Source: an uncultured Methylococcales bacterium
GTDB lineage: Bacteria; Pseudomonadota; Gammaproteobacteria; Methylococcales; Methylomonadaceae
Reading direction: 5' to 3'
Assembly (NCBI GenBank): GCA_963981505.1
Contig: CAXCEI010000003.1
Coordinates: 8,373 to 72,372 of the forward strand
Length of the DNA: 64,000 nucleotides
Of the stretch, positions 62,713 through 64,000 are shown one piece after another. The position numbers and the translations under genes are program-made. Within the stretch, counting starts at the first letter, position 1. Each line of letters opens with the position of its first letter. Below the pieces are notes generated by a model, which saw only the letters and a list, made by a program, of their open reading frames with translations, was not told where the DNA came from and did not search any database.

Positions 62713-63389
62713 AGTTATTGGCTGTTGAAACGGCAACAGAGGCGTGTTCAGCGGCCCTGAGTATTGATGGTGAGGTTGTTGAGGAGTTTGTTGTGCAACC
62801 GCGTCAGCACAGTCGTTTGATCTTACCGATGATTGACCGATTGATGGCTGATGCGCAATTACACCCAACTCAATTAGATGGGTTGGCTTTTGGTGCGGGG
62901 CCGGGCGCATTTACTGGGGTAAGGATTGCAACGGGTGTGATACAAGGGATTGCGTTTGGTGCTGACTTACCGGTTGTACCGGTGTCTACTTTAGCCGCTA
63001 TGTCTCAACAGGCACTGGATGATTTTACGCATTATGATTGGGTGTTGTCCTCAATCGATGCGCGCTTAGGAGAGGTTTATTGGGGCATTTATCATCGTCA
63101 TGATCAACACGGTGTTGAATTGATCGGTGATGAGGTTGTCGTTGATGCGGCACACGTGTGTTGCCCAGATATTGAAGGCGTTGGGGTGGGTTCGGGGTGG
63201 AGTGTCTATAAAGAACCGTTAATGCAGCGGTTAGAGGGGAAAGTATTGGCTGTTTATGATGATTATTTGCCGCGCGCAGGGGTTGTCGCAAAATTGGCTG
63301 TTGCTGACTTTGCAAGAGCAGAACCCGTAGAAAAGGTTAGGCCGGTTTATCTTAGAAATAATGTGGCAAAGAAATCGCTAAAGCTATGA
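62709..63389 (+). CDS. tsaB: tRNA threonylcarbamoyladenosine biosynthesis protein TsaB (YeaZ)
   Basis: 226 aa with MKLLAVETATEACSAAL and GPGAFTGVRI motifs. It overlaps yoaA by 4 nt. Confidence 0.9.
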   Translation: MKLLAVETATEACSAALSIDGEVVEEFVVQPRQHSRLILPMIDRLMADAQLHPTQLDGLAFGAGPGAFTGVRIATGVIQGIAFGADLPVVPVSTLAAMSQQALDDFTHYDWVLSSIDARLGEVYWGIYHRHDQHGVELIGDEVVVDAAHVCCPDIEGVGVGSGWSVYKEPLMQRLEGKVLAVYDDYLPRAGVVAKLAVADFARAEPVEKVRPVYLRNNVAKKSLKL

Positions 63390-63872
63390 AGAACTGCGGT
63401 TTATCACGTCTCCATGGATTGAAAATATAAACCGTTTTTAAGTTTTCTGGGTGTGTAAGGGTCGATTGTTGCAAAATAAGTATGGCTTTATGCTGAAGCG
63501 ATGAGCCTATTGACAGGAATCATGGCGATCTCTGTTTGCAAACAATCGCTTCACCAACAGCTAGCCGGCATGCGCTCCACTGAGACAAGGCACCGGTATT
63601 GAGTGGACGGATGACTATGAATTTAACCAGACGGTCAGTTGATGGCCTTTCCCGTCAGGTCAGGCTGAGTTAATAGTCTTTTGCTGAGTCTGTAACAGGT
63701 GCTTGTGTGTTTTAAGGACTCTTTCGGTTTTTTGGTAAGGTGCGCGGGATTGAGTTCGTTAAGCTTGCCATTCGCTCTTTTTTCATGGCGTTGATCTTAT
63801 TTTTCTTTTGGTATTTCGTAAGGTAACTTGAATTTGTAGCTTGGATTACTACCCTTTTGAATTTGGAGACAA

Positions 63873-64000
63873 ATGATGAGTCGTAAATCTGTTATTGCTA
63901 TTTTGATGATTATGTTGCTTATCGCGGGTTGTACCTTTAATGGCGCAGGCGTTAAGATTAAGGCGCCGGTGGTGGAAGTTGGTTTAAGCGGTGCTGGTAT
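63873..64000 (+). CDS. lipoprotein, N-terminal fragment (runs off the window)
   Basis: It reads MMSRKSVIAILMIMLLIAGCTFNG, with lipobox IAGC, and is open to the window end. Confidence 0.5.
   Translation, partial: MMSRKSVIAILMIMLLIAGCTFNGAGVKIKAPVVEVGLSGAG

Noticed and set aside
63655-63665. GTCAGGTCAGG string reminiscent of part of the 4.5S/SRP RNA
   Set aside because: The defining conserved SRP domain IV sequence (GGAAGCAGCC-type apical motif) and the complementary 5'/3' helix are absent on both strands.

Overview
This is a 64-kb chromosomal segment from a moderately AT-rich gammaproteobacterium. It is probably a methylotroph, because a XoxF-type PQQ methanol dehydrogenase is present; a Methylophaga-like lineage is only my guess. 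I can support about 60 protein genes, one tRNA and several intrinsic terminators.

Almost all genes are conserved housekeeping genes in familiar synteny blocks:
- regB-like kinase / msrA / hslO / cysQ
- bepA, rubredoxin, aceE-aceF
- tusD-tusC-ykgJ
- a stand-alone EF-G paralog and ettA
- trhO, dapA-bamC, purL, cysM, rlmD
- truA-trpF-trpB-trpA-accD-folC-dedD-cvpA-purF-metZ
- nrdR-ribD-ribE-ribBA-ribH-nusB-thiL-pgpA
- tRNA-fMet-rimP-nusA-infB-rbfA-truB-rpsO-pnp
- xoxF-xoxJ
- yoaA-tsaB

I recognised no transposase, integrase, phage gene, CRISPR array, restriction or defence gene, or toxin-antitoxin pair. I found no convincing evidence for a wholly new system.

The most accessory-looking stretch is about 4.1-10.1 kb. 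It holds a 365-bp ORF-free segment, a HisKA_3/LuxR-type two-component system divergent from a TonB-dependent receptor, a decayed C-terminal copy of a paralogous receptor, and an H-NS-family gene. Because xoxF lies in the same window, I flag this stretch as a speculative metal (possibly lanthanide) sensing and uptake module.

Smaller oddities:
- tusDC is followed by a YkgJ Cys-cluster gene instead of tusB.
- The RibBA C-terminal domain has lost its zinc cysteines.
- A rubredoxin gene is missing from the ORF track.
- A YkuD-domain protein has no signal peptide.
- A strong terminator sits between xoxF and xoxJ.
- An unexplained 483-bp ORF-free gap follows tsaB.

All family assignments come from motif recognition by eye. 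No database search was run.
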